Below, piece after piece: positions 1 through 13,703 of a stretch of DNA of 64,000 bases. Source of the DNA: Eledone cirrhosa (Eukaryota). The stretch is taken from the NCBI GenBank assembly GCA_964016885.1, contig OZ024741.1, positions 355,632,001 to 355,696,000 on the forward strand, in the 5' to 3' direction. Under the pieces are notes generated by a model. That model saw only the letters and a program-made list of their open reading frames with translations. It was not told where the DNA came from and ran no database searches. The position numbers were made by a program, and so were the translations under genes. Numbering within the stretch: the first letter of the stretch is position 1; each line of letters starts with the position of its first letter.

Positions 1-1061
1 TATCGATCTCTGTCAGACTGTTACACATAAAGGAACCCAACATAAACAACACTAGTTTTTAGTCCTGTATATATACATAAACACACATGTACATACATAG
101 ATGTGTAATGTTTGTATGATTGAATAATTGTTTCTACCTTAGGCACAAGGCCAGCAATTTGAAAGGGAAGGGAAAGTTGATTAAATCGACCCCAGTGCAT
201 TATTGGTGCTTTATTTATCAACCCCGTAAGGATGAATGTGCATGAGTAATGAAACAGATGAGTTTAGGGAAAAACTGTACCTGAGAGAAATAAATAGGAG
301 CCACATGATGAGTATGAATTCTGTCAGGCTCTTCGGTATAGCCAGGAAAATGGCCTTAAAACACTTGGTGTTACTAAATTTATAATGAAAGATACTGCCT
401 ATAATTTTCAAATAATGTTGAAAACAACCAAGAATTTGAAGAAATTTAGTAAAATAACTAACTTCTCCCTTATTAAGTTGGTGTTTGGAACATTACTTAA
501 CAAAGATTATAAAATGAAATTATGACAAGGTTTTGTTTTGATAAATACAAATACTTTAAAATAAACAGCCTAGTATCATAGAACCAGGAGATGGTTTAGG
601 TGGTTTGGTATAAAAAAAAAGGTTTAAGTATCAGATACCTGGTCATGGGTTCAAATTTTGCTAACTCCCAAGGTAATTTTATTAACATAAGATATGACAC
701 CTCAGTAGTTTTATTAATTATTTCATTGCAATATTTCTTATAAAAGACTCTGCTTATGGTTTTCAAATAATTTTGAAAATAATAAAGAATTTGAAAGGAT
801 TTAATAATACACATATTAAGCTGGTGTTTGGAACATAAATTAACAAAAGTTCTTATGTAGAATTATGAGGAAAGGATTTTAGATAAATATAAATACTTTA
901 AAATAGACAGCTCTGTATTGTAGTACCAGGGTTGTTTGAGCCTGTTTGGTATTGAAAGGGTTAATGTAGAATATGAATTGAAGTTCAGTCATTTCTAAAA
1001 AAATTTTGTCTTTACAATTTCATTTTTTAAAGTATTATTTTTCATCTATTTTAATATTCAG

Positions 1062-1230
1062 GTATATATGGTTTCCATGATAATAGAAAGGAACCTTTCT
1101 TGAAAATTACTGTGGCTCTACCTCGCCTCATTGCACCTGCCAAAAGACTTTTGGAACATGGGTTCCAATGTCCTGACTATTCAGTCCATGGCTTTCAAAC
1201 TTATGAGAGCAATGTTGACTTTGAGATCAG
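1062..1230 (+). CDS. POLD1: DNA polymerase delta catalytic subunit, internal coding exon (first in window)
   Basis: ttcag|GT ATA...ATC AG|gtgaga; encodes IYGFHDNRKEPFLKITVALPRLIAPAKRLLE...YESNVDFEIR, matching the POLD1 N-terminal region; not in the ORF track. Confidence 0.93.
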
Positions 1231-1273
1231 GTGAGAAATCATAGATTTGAACCTTGTTATTTTTTATTTACTT

Positions 1274-1592
1274 TCATCATACATCATCATTTCATTTTAC
1301 ATCCGCTTTTCCCTGCTTGCAAGGATGGGACGGGGACTGATTCTGGCTTGATTTCTACAGCTGGATGCCCTTCCTAACACCAACCTCATTTACAGTGAGT
1401 GCTGGATGCTTTTTTGCCATGGCACCAACACGTTCACTTTACAGTGTGGGCTGGGTGCTTTTTTTCCGTGGCACCTCCACGACCATTTTACAGTGTGGGC
1501 TGGGTGCTTTTTTTCCATGGCACCTCCACGACCACTTTATAGTGTAGGCTGGGTGCTTTTTTGCCGTGGCACCTCCATGACCACTTTGCAGT
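1274..1592 (-). mobile_element. RTE 3' UTR/tail fragment with 3-4 internal ~48-bp repeats
   Basis: ctggatgcccttcctaacaccaacc core and repeated tttacagtgtgggctgggtgc units. Related tails at 12100-12487(+), 17405-17557(-), 23368-23717(+), 32424-32596(+), 48790-49100(+), 50469-50842(+), 53596-53752(+), 62387-62661(-). Confidence 0.8.
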
Positions 1593-1604
1593 GGAATGAT
1601 AGAG

Positions 1605-1760
1605 ACCCCAGTCCTATCATCTCATTTCTACAGCTGAGTAAACTGGAGCAATGTGAAATAAAGTGTCTTGCTCAAGGAAACAACACATCACCCGGTCTGA
1701 GAATCGAACTCACAACCTTTCGATTGCAAAGCCAATGCTCTAACCACTAAGCCATGTGCC
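1605..1760 (-). mobile_element. tRNA-derived SINE with CORE-like domain
   Basis: A-box tggcttagtgg, B-box gagttcgattc, then ccttgagcaagacacttt; related copy at about 2690-2950(+). Confidence 0.65.
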
Positions 1761-1999
1761 TATATTTATTTTTTCTTATTTGTACTGTAGGCCCACGTCT
1801 TACTCAGCATTAATCTTTTTGATATCAACTCACTTGAAACTGGCCCTAGTTCTACAATACAATTTTACAGAGTTTACTGGGTGCATTTTATCATGATGCT
1901 AACACTAACACTTTTAGTAAGGTTTCTATAGCTGGATGCATACTATTCTTAATGCTAACCACTATACAGTGGGTACATTTATAATAATAATAGTCTTCT

Positions 2000-2150
2000 A
2001 CTTCTTCACCCACTTATTTCTGAGAAGGTCGTGGGGGAAGAGTCCTCAAACACTCCCTCCAGCTGGTCCTGTCAGAAGCTACTGTCTCTAACTGATCCAG
2101 CTGGATCTCCAAGCGAGACCAGCCAAGCTCATGGATGTCATCCAACCAAT
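2000..2150 (-). mobile_element. 3' end of a second RTE lineage (Rex3/Expander-like)
   Basis: Minus strand reads [44 protein letters not shown]; further copies at about 8583-8790 and 41228-41540. Confidence 0.7.
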
Positions 2151-2200
2151 TATAATAATAGTAATAATACTAATACATTAAAAAAAATTTTTTTTTATAG

Positions 2201-2442
2201 ATTTATGGTTGACAAAGATGTTGTTGGCTGTAATTGGATTGAATTACCCAAAAAGAAATACCATATCCGTCCCAAGGATAGACAAAGTAAAACTTCTGGA
2301 AACGTTTCTATGATATCCCACTGTCAATTAGAGGTGGATATATCTTGGGAGGACTTTGTTTCTTACCCAGCAGAAGGTGAATGGTCAAAAGTTGCTCCTT
2401 TCAGAATCCTCAGCTTTGACATAGAATGTGCTGGAAGGAAAG
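2201..2442 (+). CDS. POLD1: POLD1 exon, ExoI motif
   Basis: tatag|...G|gtatt; [16 protein letters not shown]...[16 protein letters not shown]. Confidence 0.96.
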
Positions 2443-3228
2443 GTATTAAAAATGTATTTTATTGTATTGATTTTATACATGTTTATTTTCTTTTACATAA
2501 AATGTTCATTATTTACTTTCATTACTTTTTTCCTGACTAGTGCAGTGGATTGGTGGAATTGTTAGCGCGTCAGACAAAATGCTTTGTAGCATTTAGCTAT
2601 GGCTCATTATGTTCTGAGTTCAAATTCTGCTGATGTCAGTTTTGCCCTTCATCCTGCTGGGGTTCATAAAATAAAATACTAGTGAAATTGCTTGGCTTAG
2701 TGCTTAGGGGTGTTGGGCTTCATAATGTTGTGAGTTTGTTTCCTTGACCAGGTTATGTGTTGTTCTTGAGCAAAACACTTCATTTCATATTGCTCCAGTA
2801 TAATCAACTGAAAATGGGTACCAGCAGTAGCTGGAGGTTTAACTCTGTGATGGACTGGCGTTTTGTTCAGGGAGAGAAAGGTTGTACTCTGTTGCCTAAC
2901 ACCAAGGAAATTGGGATAAACACTGGCCTAATGAGCTTCCAGGCTTGGGAGAGATTTAAGGATTTTAGAAAGTACTAAGGCTGATTTAATCAACTTTACC
3001 CTCCTCCTAAGTTACTGGACTTAAGCCTATGTTACAAACAATTATTTTTTCTTTATTTCCTCTTTTTTTTTTGCCTACTCTGTAGGTAGGGTGGTGCTCT
3101 TGATACTTTTTGGGGGGCTCTTGAGACTAGTAGACAAAAGGAAGGAAGTTATTTGCAAAGAAGAGAACTGGCTGGAATGCTTGCAACAGAATGGATCTTC
3201 AGCCTCTGTTCTTTATTCTGTTTTGCAG

Positions 3229-3395
3229 GTATATTTCCTGAAGCCGACAAGGACCCTGTCATACAGATAGCCAACATGGTGGTGAGGCAAGGCAAGTCCG
3301 AACCCTTTATACGCAATGTCTACACACTAAAGAAGTGCGCCCCAGTCATCGGGGCTCAAGTTTTGTCTTTTGAATCTGAAAGAGAGTTACTTAAG
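3229..3395 (+). CDS. POLD1: POLD1 exon
   Basis: gcag|...AAG|gtaag; GIFPEADKDPVIQIANMV...ERELLK. Confidence 0.96.
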
Positions 3396-3622
3396 GTAAG
3401 TTATCTTCATTTAGTATTTTCTTGTCCCTACATGCACAAATGTCTGAATTGCCACTTCTGTTATATGTATAAAGAGATCTGAAATATATTTAACTCTTTC
3501 ATTACCAAATTTCTAATGAAATACATTGTCTATGTTTTTCAATTAATTTTGAAAAAAAAAAATTTGGAGGAATTCAATAAAGTAATTAAGATTTCCATTA
3601 GGAAGTTGATTTTTAGAAGATT

Positions 3623-6600
3623 CATCATCATCATCATCATCATCATCACCGTTTTACGTCCGTTCTTCCACGCTAGCATGGGTTAGACGGGTTGTCCTGT
3701 TGTGGGCAGTGTCTGGTTGGCTGACCATGCCTTGCTCATACAGGAACTGATTTGGCTTCATTTCTACAGCTGGATGCCCTTCCTAACACCAACCTCATTT
3801 ACAGTGAGTGCTGGGTGCTTTTTCGTGGCGCCTACACGTCCACTTTACAGTGTGGGCTGGGTGCTTTTTTGCCGTGGCACCTCCATGACCACCTTGCGGT
3901 GGGGGGTGTGGGGGCATATTGTCTATATGCTTCAGCTTGTACCCATGGGAGGTCGGGTACCCTGTATTACTGCGTGACGCCAGAAGTCACGTCGTGTGTC
4001 ATTGTCTTTGAGAGGTGTAATTGGGTAAGGTCGGCTTTTATCACCTCATCCCAGGTCATCTTGGGTCTCCCCACTCCGCGGTTTCCATCAACTTCTAGTG
4101 CTCTGCACCTTTTTATGCAGCTGTCATCCTTCATACGCATCACATGTCCATACTAGCGCAACCGCCTCTCCTGCACACAGCATTTGATTCCTCTTATGCT
4201 CAGTCTCTCTCTCAATTCATTTATGCTTTGTCGTTCACGTATATTACTGTTACACATCCATCGGAGCATGCAGGCTTCGTTTCTCTCTAATCTCCGTAAG
4301 TCTTCCACCTTCAGCGCCCAGGTCTCACTACCATGCAACATCGCTGTTCGGATACACGCATCATACAGTCTGCCTTTCATTCTGAGGGAGAAGCCTTTTG
4401 CAGCTAGCAGTGGCAGTAGTTCCCTAAACTTCTTCCATCCCGTTCTTACCCTAGTTATTGTACTTTCTGAACACCCACCTCCGTTGCTAATTCGGTCACC
4501 TAGGTAGCAGAAGCTGTCTACTGTTTCTACAGGGCCCTCCCAGAGATTGGTGGTACTTGTTTCCTGTTGCTGCTTGCTGTCTCAGCACAGCTGCTGCATG
4601 TGAATCCTACATTCTTAATTAAGCTTCCTGAGATCCCGCTACATCTCTTGTGTACCCATTGTTTGCATTTGGGGCAGAGAATGGAGTTCCTACCTACACC
4701 TTTCCTACATACTGAGCAGGGCCATTTCCCTGAGGGGATCTGGGTTCTGTTTTCTCGTCTACTTACAAGGACCTTAGTCTTTGTCATGTTGACTTTGAGA
4801 CCCTTTCTTTCTAGTCCCTGCTTCCAGGTTTGGAATTTATTCTCTAGTTCTACCATAGATTCAGCTATGAGTGCGAGGTCATCAGCATACAGGAGTTCCC
4901 ATGGGCATCCGGTCTTAAACTCCTCTGTTATTGCCTGCAGGACTATGATGAACAGGAGAAGGCTAAGAACAGAGCCCTGGTGGACCCCAACCTGTACGCT
5001 AAATTCCTCGCTATACTCATTGCTAATCCTAACTTTGCTGACTGCTCCCCTATACATGGCTTGTACCGCTTTCACAAGCCATTCATCTACTCCTAGTTTT
5101 CTAAGAGCCCACCAGATTACAGCACGTGGAACTCTGTCAAAGGCTTTCTCAAGGTCGACAAATGCCAAGTAGAGTGGCTTACTTTTAGCTAGGTACTTTT
5201 CCTGTAATTGCCTCACAAGGAAGAGAGCATCAGTGGTGCCTCTTCCTGGTACAAACCCAAATTGCATCTCGTCTATTTTCACCCGGTCCCTCATCAGCTG
5301 TGCTATAACTCTTTCTGTTACTTTCATAACCTGGTCCATCAACTTTATACCTCTATAGTTTCCTCTATCTAGTGCATCGCCTTTACCTTTGTAGCAGTTG
5401 ACAATGATGCTACTGCACCAATCTTTTGGCATGGCCCCTTCTAGTATTACCTGGTTAACGATACGTGTGGTTATAGTGTGACCTACAGACCCAGATGCCT
5501 TCAGCATCTCGGCAGCTATACCCGATGGACCGGTTGCCTTCCCCATCTTCATATCTTTGATTGCCTTACTTACTACGCTGCTGCTGACTTGTACTGCTGG
5601 TCCCTCTATAGGGTCTACTTGGGGTAGGGTCTCTTCTTCCCATGCATTCTCCTCATTTAGTAATCTATCATAATGACTCTTCCATGCATCTTTCTTCTCA
5701 GCACTTGTGAGGGCAAGCTCACCTTTATCATTCCGGATACACTTCTCTCCAATGACATCACAACTATCTCTGACACACTGGCTCGCAATCTTGAATACCT
5801 CCTGTTTCTGGTCCTCACGTTGTAAAACATGCTTGAATTTTCTATCCTCTGCTTCCCTCCTAGCTAAGTATACTTGTCGCCTAGCTTCCCTCTTGGTCTC
5901 TATGTAATGTACCCTGCTCCCCCCGTTCTTCCATTCTTTCCATGCCTGTCTCTTGGCCTTAACTGCTTCATCTACCTTATTGTTCCACCACCAAGTCACT
6001 CTCCTCCTGCTTGAGGTCTTACTCCAGCCACAGACCTCATCCGTCGCCTCTAGTAAATTATTTTTTAGGAACTCCCAGTTCTCTTCTCCATTAAATGTCT
6101 CTATCTGTTCTTCTTTACTGTCGTAGGCGTTGAGTAAAATATCTTTAAATCTGTTACTGGTTGAGGGGACTTTCAGCTTCCAGATCTTTCTTCTCCAGGT
6201 TGGCCTCCGTTTCCGGGTTCGTCTAGTTCTGACCGTGAGGTCGCTGACAACTAAGCTATGTTGGGATGTACATTCCTCACTAGGGAAGGCTTTTGTGTTT
6301 ACGACCGTCCATCTGTCACATCCTCTGATGAGGATAAAATCTAACTGACTAGAGTGCTCCCCTGATCTATAGGTGATCAGGTGGTTGTCGGGTTTTTTAA
6401 AGTTTGTGTTACATATCGACATGTCATTGGCGTCGCAGAATTCTAGAAGTCTGAATCCTTCCTCATTCCTTGTGCCAACCCCATGGCCTCCATGTACTCT
6501 ATTGAAGCCGTCACAGTGTTTACCTGCGTGTCCGTTAAAATCTCCTGCGATGATTAGGAAGTCCTTGTTGTCTGTTAGAGCAGTAGTGTGTATTAGGGAC

Positions 6601-7440
6601 TCGTAAAACCTATCCTTAAGTTCGTCTGGCAGCCCCGATTGGGGTGCGTAAGCTGATATTATTGTGGTAATTGTTTTATTCAGGACTAGTCTGAGTTTAA
6701 TGATTCTTGCATTTACCCTGTACACTGAGATTACTTTATCTACCCACTTGTCAGCTAGTAGTATACCTACACCACCCATCCCATCGTCATTTCCCACCCA
6801 GAAAAATTTGTAGCACCGACTTTTTCCTACGAGGACTCTGGCAGACTCTCCTCTCCATCTAGTCTCTTGCACACAGCATACGTCAATTTCCTTTCGCTCT
6901 AGCATTTCTACGATTTCTTCTGCTCTTCCTTTCATTGAGCCTACATTGATGGTACCAACTCGGAGTTTTGGGCATTTGTCGACACTCGTAGGGGAGGGTC
7001 TCTGGGTTGGCGCTTCACGTGGGTGCTTGGTAGCTCGCAGATTCATATTTCATCTATTGATTCAGAGTTGCTCAAATTTATTCTCATAACGGTGGGAAAA
7101 TTGAGGGCTAGAAGAACAGTGGTGGTGGGATAATGGCAGGGTGTGTTGGGCTGCGCCAGAGGAGGAGAGAGTTAGTTAGGTAGTAGTAGCAGCAGCCGTG
7201 GAAATGGCATGCTGAGGTTTGATTGGTCGAATAGGCTATGGTGGTGTGAGGGGGTGGGTGGGAGGGAAATTGTGAGGTATGCACTGAGGGTCGCATGGTA
7301 AATAACCGAGAGAGATACGATAGAATTAGAATACCGCATGGTAAATATCCGAAGTTAATACAGCAGTAATATTAACAATAATAACGTCATAAAAACTAAG
7401 ATACCTTCAAAGATTTGTATGGATGGGTGGCTGGAACGAA
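3623..7440 (-). mobile_element. Near full-length RTE-clade LINE (APE endonuclease + RT + PHD-like finger), disabled
   Basis: 839-aa ORF with VQETRW, AGDFNGH, FVDLEKAFD, YADD; about 4-bp deletion near 4570 and a stop at 4153 relative to the copy at 17590; (ATG)n 3' tail. Confidence 0.92.
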
Positions 7441-8315
7441 ATGAAATCAAGATTACTTAACAAAAATCACCTTATGATGGAAGGTTATAATATAAGCATA
7501 GAGTTGCAGCCCTTGTTATTCTGAGTTCAAATCCCGCCGAGGTTAATTTTGCCTTTCATCCTTACGGGGTCGATAAAATAAAGTACCAGTAATGCACTTG
7601 GATAACTACTGGCCTTGTGCCAATAGTAGAAACAGTTATACTACAGTGCCAATAGTAGTAACAGTATATAAGCATATATACATTTGAAAATACTCAGTTT
7701 TGTATCATAAATCCTGGTTGATTTTGAGGGAATTTGTTTCAAAAGATCAACACCTTAAACCATGCTGAGGGTAAACAACAGTCTTTATTCAACCCATGCA
7801 AACATGGAAAAGTATTCACAATGTCCATTTTGGGAATCACTGATGATTGTTACTGATAAGGGAAAAAAAAACAAACTTGTTTGGAAGAGTTAATTTCCTT
7901 TTGATCTCTGTTGTCAACTATTTCCTGCAAGTTTTAGCTAGTAGCATTTGAAACATACAGATATATAATATATTTTATGTAATATATAATGGACCTGCAT
8001 CATATGCTTTAAAAAAATGAAAATGAAAACCTATAAAACTATTTCCGTCCTTTTTCCACGTGAAAATGTATTGCCTATTGTGAGGGGGCAAAGCTTTAAT
8101 CCCTTTAAAGCATCTTACATTATACTTCCTTCAAAACATTGACATACACAGACGCCTTTATCTATAAGTCTTGGACATAAATGTGAAGGGGAGCCAACTG
8201 ATTTTGAAAGATGTGGGTTTCACTTTATTTTTAGGTGTTTATATGTTTTTAATATATGAAGTGTTTTCGGCTCATCAGTCCAGCTTTAGTTTTCGTTTTT
8301 ATGCTTTCCTTTCAG

Positions 8316-8561
8316 CACTGGTCCAGTTTTGTTCGTTCTGTTGATCCAGATATTGTAACTGGTTATAATATCCAGAACTTTGACTTTCCGTACCTTATTA
8401 ATCGAGCAAAGCATCTTGATGCGTCAAACTTTCCGTTTCTGGGACGGATTCGTAGCCAAAGGTCTGTGATAAGGGAATCAACCATTCAAAGCAAACAGAT
8501 GGGGAAGCGAGAGAACAAAATAATTAATATTGAAGGACGAGTGATGTTTGACTTGCTACAG
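8316..8561 (+). CDS. POLD1: POLD1 exon, ExoII motif
   Basis: ttcag|...CAG|gttgg; DPDIVTGYNIQNFDFPYLINRA...GRVMFDLLQ. Confidence 0.96.
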
Positions 8562-8939
8562 GTTGGTTGTTTAACAATTCTTCTTTTTCACCCACTTATT
8601 ATTGAGAGGCTCATGAGGGCAGAGTCCGCAAACACTCCTCCTTCCAGCAGGTCCTGTTAGAAACGACTGTCTCCAATTGATCCAGCTGGATCCCCAAGTG
8701 AGTCCAGTTGAGCTCATGGATGTTACCCAACCATCTTACTCGGGGTCTACTCCTAGGTTTCCTTTCCTGCCTGCTAGTTGGTTCATCTTGGAGTCTTTTT
8801 TTTTTTGAGGCAACCAGATATCCTTCCTGCTGCCAACCCTTTTAGTTGCTTGTTATGACATGCAATAATATGGTGTATCTATTCGAAATCGGATTCAGAG
8901 TACTATATATACATGACAGAGATCCATTCCGTATATATA

Positions 8940-9365
8940 ATAATAATAATAATGAAAATATTGTGTACAGTGCTCAGGTGCACTACAACTCATCAAAAGT
9001 GTATGTATAGTACATAGGGTAATGTACAAACGTCGGGAAAATGAACAGTGCATGAGTCATGATATACACGTGTGCATATATATGGAAGGGGTACATCAGG
9101 TGTAGTTTTGGTGAATTTCGGGAAGCATGAGGGTTTTAAAGGATGCAGTATCTCGGCAGCTAACAACTGATGCAGGGAATTTGTTCCATGCTTCAGCAAC
9201 TCTAAGTGTGAAAAAATGTTTCCAAAAGTCATGGGAGCTGTGCTGTTTTCTGACTTTGTAGGCATGTCCACGTGTGTTAGACACATGGAGATCAAAAAGG
9301 TGCTCAAGGTTTTGTTGGCAAGATGGTTAATAACTTTGTGGGTGTTTACCAAGTCCATTGCCATG
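8940..9365 (-). mobile_element. CR1-like LINE 3' fragment
   Basis: NTRGHAYKV...FFTLRVAEAWNKFPASVV...SFK, typical CR1 ORF2 C-terminus; (TTA)n tail. Confidence 0.75.
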
Positions 9366-9684
9366 TGTAAATATCTATATATATGTATGTATGTAAATGA
9401 TAAACAGAAATAACAACACAAATGGTACAGGATATGGAAGGGACATATTAGTTTAATGCTCGAAATAGCAAGTCTTAACATTTTGGGCGTTAGTTCTTCA
9501 TCAGAAGAAAGAATTAGAAATTAGAAAGATTAAGGTGATGGTCAGGCCAGAATCGGAAATTATATATATGCAGGCAGGCAATGATGCTGGTTATGAATGT
9601 CTGTATACTAAATACAGATGGTAGAGTCTGACATATGTAAAATTTTGTTTAATAATGTTTTTTTCATTTTGTTTTATATTGTAG

Positions 9685-9894
<210 letters not shown>

Positions 9895-10014
9895 TAACCT
9901 CGGCGGGATTTGAACTCGGTCCGTAAAGGGACGTAACTGTGCTGCAAAGCATGGCGTCCGACCCTCTACCGATACTGCCAAACAGGTAAATAATGAATTG
10001 TGATGTATATAGAT

Positions 10015-10595
10015 CTCTATATACTCTTTCTTCATCTATCTCTTTATACACCCTCTCTTCACCTATTGCTATTCACATTCTATCTCTCTGTATACTCTCT
10101 CTTCATCTCCTATTCACGTTCTCTCTGTCCATCTATTTCACTGTATACTCTCTTTCTTCATCTATCTCTTTATATACTCTCGTCACCTATCTCACTATAC
10201 TCTCTCTCTTTACCTATTTCTGTTCACTTCCTCTCTCTCCATCTATCTCTCTGTATACTCTTTCTTCATCTATCTTTATGTATATTCTCTATACACTTTC
10301 TCTTCCCCTATTTCTATTTACTTTCTCTCTCTGTATACTCCCTCTCTTTTTCTATCTCTTTTCTATCTATCGTCACCTATCTCTCTATACACTCTCTCTT
10401 CGCATATTTCTATTCACTTTCTCTCCATTTATCTTTCTGTACACTCTTTTCATCTACCTATCCTCAACTCTCTCTCCATCTATCTTTCCTCAACTCTCTC
10501 TCCATCTATCTTTCCTCTACTCTCTCTCCATCTATCTTTCCTCTACTCTCTCTCATACTCTGTATCTCTTTTTTTCTCTATTTTCTCTTCATTAT
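10015..10595 (+). repeat. CT-rich degenerate simple repeat
   Basis: Reiterated tctctccatctatctttc / tatactct motifs. Confidence 0.9.
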
Positions 10596-10597
10596 AG

Positions 10598-10789
10598 AAT
10601 GGCACAGAACAGACACGGCGTCGTCTTGCAATCTACTGCCTCAAAGATGCCATCCTGCCAATACGGTTGTTGGAGAAGCTGATGTGTGTTATAAACTACA
10701 TGGAAATGGCCAGAGTGACCGGAGTGCCTTTACCTTATCTTCTTTCTAGGGGTCAGCAAATCAAAGTTATTTCTCAGTTACTTCGAAAG
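10598..10789 (+). CDS. POLD1: POLD1 exon, ExoIII motif
   Basis: atag|...AAG|gtaac; [18 protein letters not shown]...EMARVTGVP...[13 protein letters not shown]. Confidence 0.96.
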
Positions 10790-12041
10790 GTAACACTTCT
10801 GACCCTTGTTTTTTTTCCATCATCAACATTATCATCACCACTACCATCATCATCAGCTTCATTGTCATCATATTTATTTATATGTAAAATCATTGTCCAC
10901 CATGTTGATCATCATCATCATTTAATGTCTGTTTTACCTGCTAGCAATGGGATTGAATGGGTTGTCACTGACCAAGTCAGTACTTAACTTAATCAGAGCT
11001 GCTAATCTCTCAAATGGGCTGGGAGGTCTGCAACTTGTTTACATACATTCCCACATCTACAGAGTGCACTGGGTGCATTTTATTGTGGCACCAACACTAG
11101 GGAAGTTGTCATGTCTTTGACACAACTGGAGACTCTTTTCTACACTTTTTGACATTTTAGATATTTTATTGTTCTTTTACTAGTTTTAGCCATTAGACTG
11201 GGGCACCACCTCAAAGGGATTTTAATGTGATCATGCCAACCATGGTATATTTTGAAGTTTGGCATTTATTTTATGGATCTCTTTTGAACCATTAAGTTAC
11301 AGGCATTAAATATAAACACACACACGTGTACACATACATATAATTCTTTCTACTTGTGGCACAAGGCCAGCAATTATCCAGTGTATTACTGGTATTTTAT
11401 TTTATCGACCCCATAAGGATGAAAGGCAAAGTTAACCTCGGTGGGATTTGAACTCGGACAATAAAGGGCCGTAACTCTTTGCTTACAAAGCATGGCGTCT
11501 GACCCTCTACCGATACTGCCAATGTGTGTATGTGTACAAAATAGTGATTTTTTTTTTTCAGAGGGCTACGCAATGCGAATTGGACATTAAATGTTAAAAA
11601 TAACAATAACAAAGTTGTTGAAATATTACCTTGGATGTGTTTAATTATTCCTTAATATTTCAGGATAAAATCCCTTCGTCAAAGGATAAGTTAAAGAAAT
11701 TAAGTTGGAGCAGGATACCTTGTGTTGTTATGTTGGCATTTTTTAATCTACATTTTCCACATTACTTGAAGCTCACTACAACACTCTCCTGTGTGTTGTA
11801 TGTGTGTGTGTGTATATATATATAAATTCAGCGAGAATTGCATTTCGACGGGTAGAAAAAGCGAAACGAAACGCAAAATCAGAGTTATGCTGGCAAACGC
11901 TCTATACTTAAAAAACCAGAGCTAAACATATATGTTAAAACGGCATACAAACTGAAAAAGTGGTCAAGAAGGCATTAATCACCTAAGCCAAAAAACAAGT
12001 CAAACTAAACAGGTCAAACAAAATAAATCCGACCTGGACCC

Positions 12042-12083
<42 letters not shown>

Positions 12084-13614
12084 CTCTCTAAGATAATGTC
12101 ACTGGATCAAGACTTTGGTGCCATGCAGTTGTACAGAAACCTGCCTTCCCTTGCATACAAACCTACAGTCAGTAGGCACCTCTTAACCCAATATACACCC
12201 CACCCACACACCCTACCCCATCCTCCCATTTCCGTCCACTGTGTCGATGACAACATAAAGCACCCAGTCCACACTGTAAAGTGGTCGTGTAGGAGACACG
12301 GTAAAAAGGCTCCCAGTTCACACTGTAAAGGTGGTTGGTGTTAAGAAGAGCATCCAGTCATAGAAAACCTGCCAGAAACACATCTGTACGAGCAAGACAC
12401 AGTCTCCCAATCAATCCTGCATCAAATGGAACAAAACCATCTAACCCATGCTAGCGTGGAAGATGGATGTTAAACGATGATGATGATATATATGTGTGTA
12501 TATATGACATGATTCCATACAGTTTCCATCTACCAAATTTTTCTCACTAAACATTGGCAAATCTGAAGCTATAGTAGAATACACTTTCCTAAGGTGCGAT
12601 TGAACTTAAACCTTCATAGTTGTAAAACGAACTCCTTAACCACACAACCAGGCCTGTGCCTATTTGTTATGTTTTTTTATTCTTATACGTGGTATCATCT
12701 ATCATAACTACTGTATTAGTCATTTTTTCATCACTTTATTTCTATTGAAAGATGTTGCCTTTAATTTTCAATTAATTTGGAAAATAAACATTTGGAGGAA
12801 TTTAGTAATAGTGTGAGTAAATGGTGTTTGGAACATAACATAACACTTAACATCTTACAATAATTTAGCAAAAAATATCTAAAAATAGGTTTGTTAATTC
12901 AAATGTTTATAGTATTTTTACTAGTGGACAGACCTTTGTGAAAATTTGCAGTAAACTATAGCAAAGACTTTCTAATGTGATGCAGTCATTGTAGTATTTT
13001 GGACTTACTAATTTCGTTTGATGTGATACAAGACATTAAGAGTTAACCCTTTAGCATTTACATTCTCTATATATACTATTGTATTTTCACAGTAAAGGCT
13101 TTATTTCACATAATTATCTCACATAATATCGAATCTACGAGATTATGATATTTATTTTGAGAACAATACCTTAACATAAGTATGAGTGGCCAGTTATGGT
13201 CGGTTTTAACAGAAAGAAGTGAGAGAATTCTGGCCGGATATGGCCGGTTTAAAGGTTGTTACATAAAATTATGATGGTAAGTTTTCAGATAAATATAAAC
13301 ACTTGAAAACAATCAGTTTTGTATTATAGTATCATGAAGGCAGTGGATTGGCATTACTGTTAAAATGTTGGGCAAAATGCTTTACAGTATTTAGTTACGA
13401 CTTCCTATGTTCTACATTCAAATCTTGCCGAGGTCAGATTTGCCTTTCATCCTTCTATGGTTAATAAAATAAAGTACCAGTTAATGACTGGAGTTGATCT
13501 GATCAACTGCCGTCTTCCTGCGATTGCTGGCCTTGTGTCAATGCTACAAAGTATTATAGTACCATAGGTGGTTTCTGGCAGGTCCGTTATGTAATGCATT
13601 GTTTTAATTGACAG

Positions 13615-13703
13615 GCAAGAGAACAACACTTATTGTTACCGGTACAAAAGATGACAACTGGTGATGAGTATGAAGGAGCTACTGTTATTGAACCAACCAA
13701 AGG
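13615..13703 (+). CDS. POLD1: POLD1 exon
   Basis: acag|...GG|gtgag; AREQHLLLPVQKMTTGDEYEGATVIEPTKG. Confidence 0.94.

Noticed and set aside
4184-6606. Plus-strand ORFs overlapping RTE copies (also at 18035-19150, 24755-27958, 29498-30385)
   Set aside because: Antisense shadows of the RTE coding frame with no recognisable motifs.
9993-10749. 229-aa and 249-aa hydrophobic ORFs
   Set aside because: Artefacts of the CT-rich repeat; only 10598-10789 is a real exon, in another frame.
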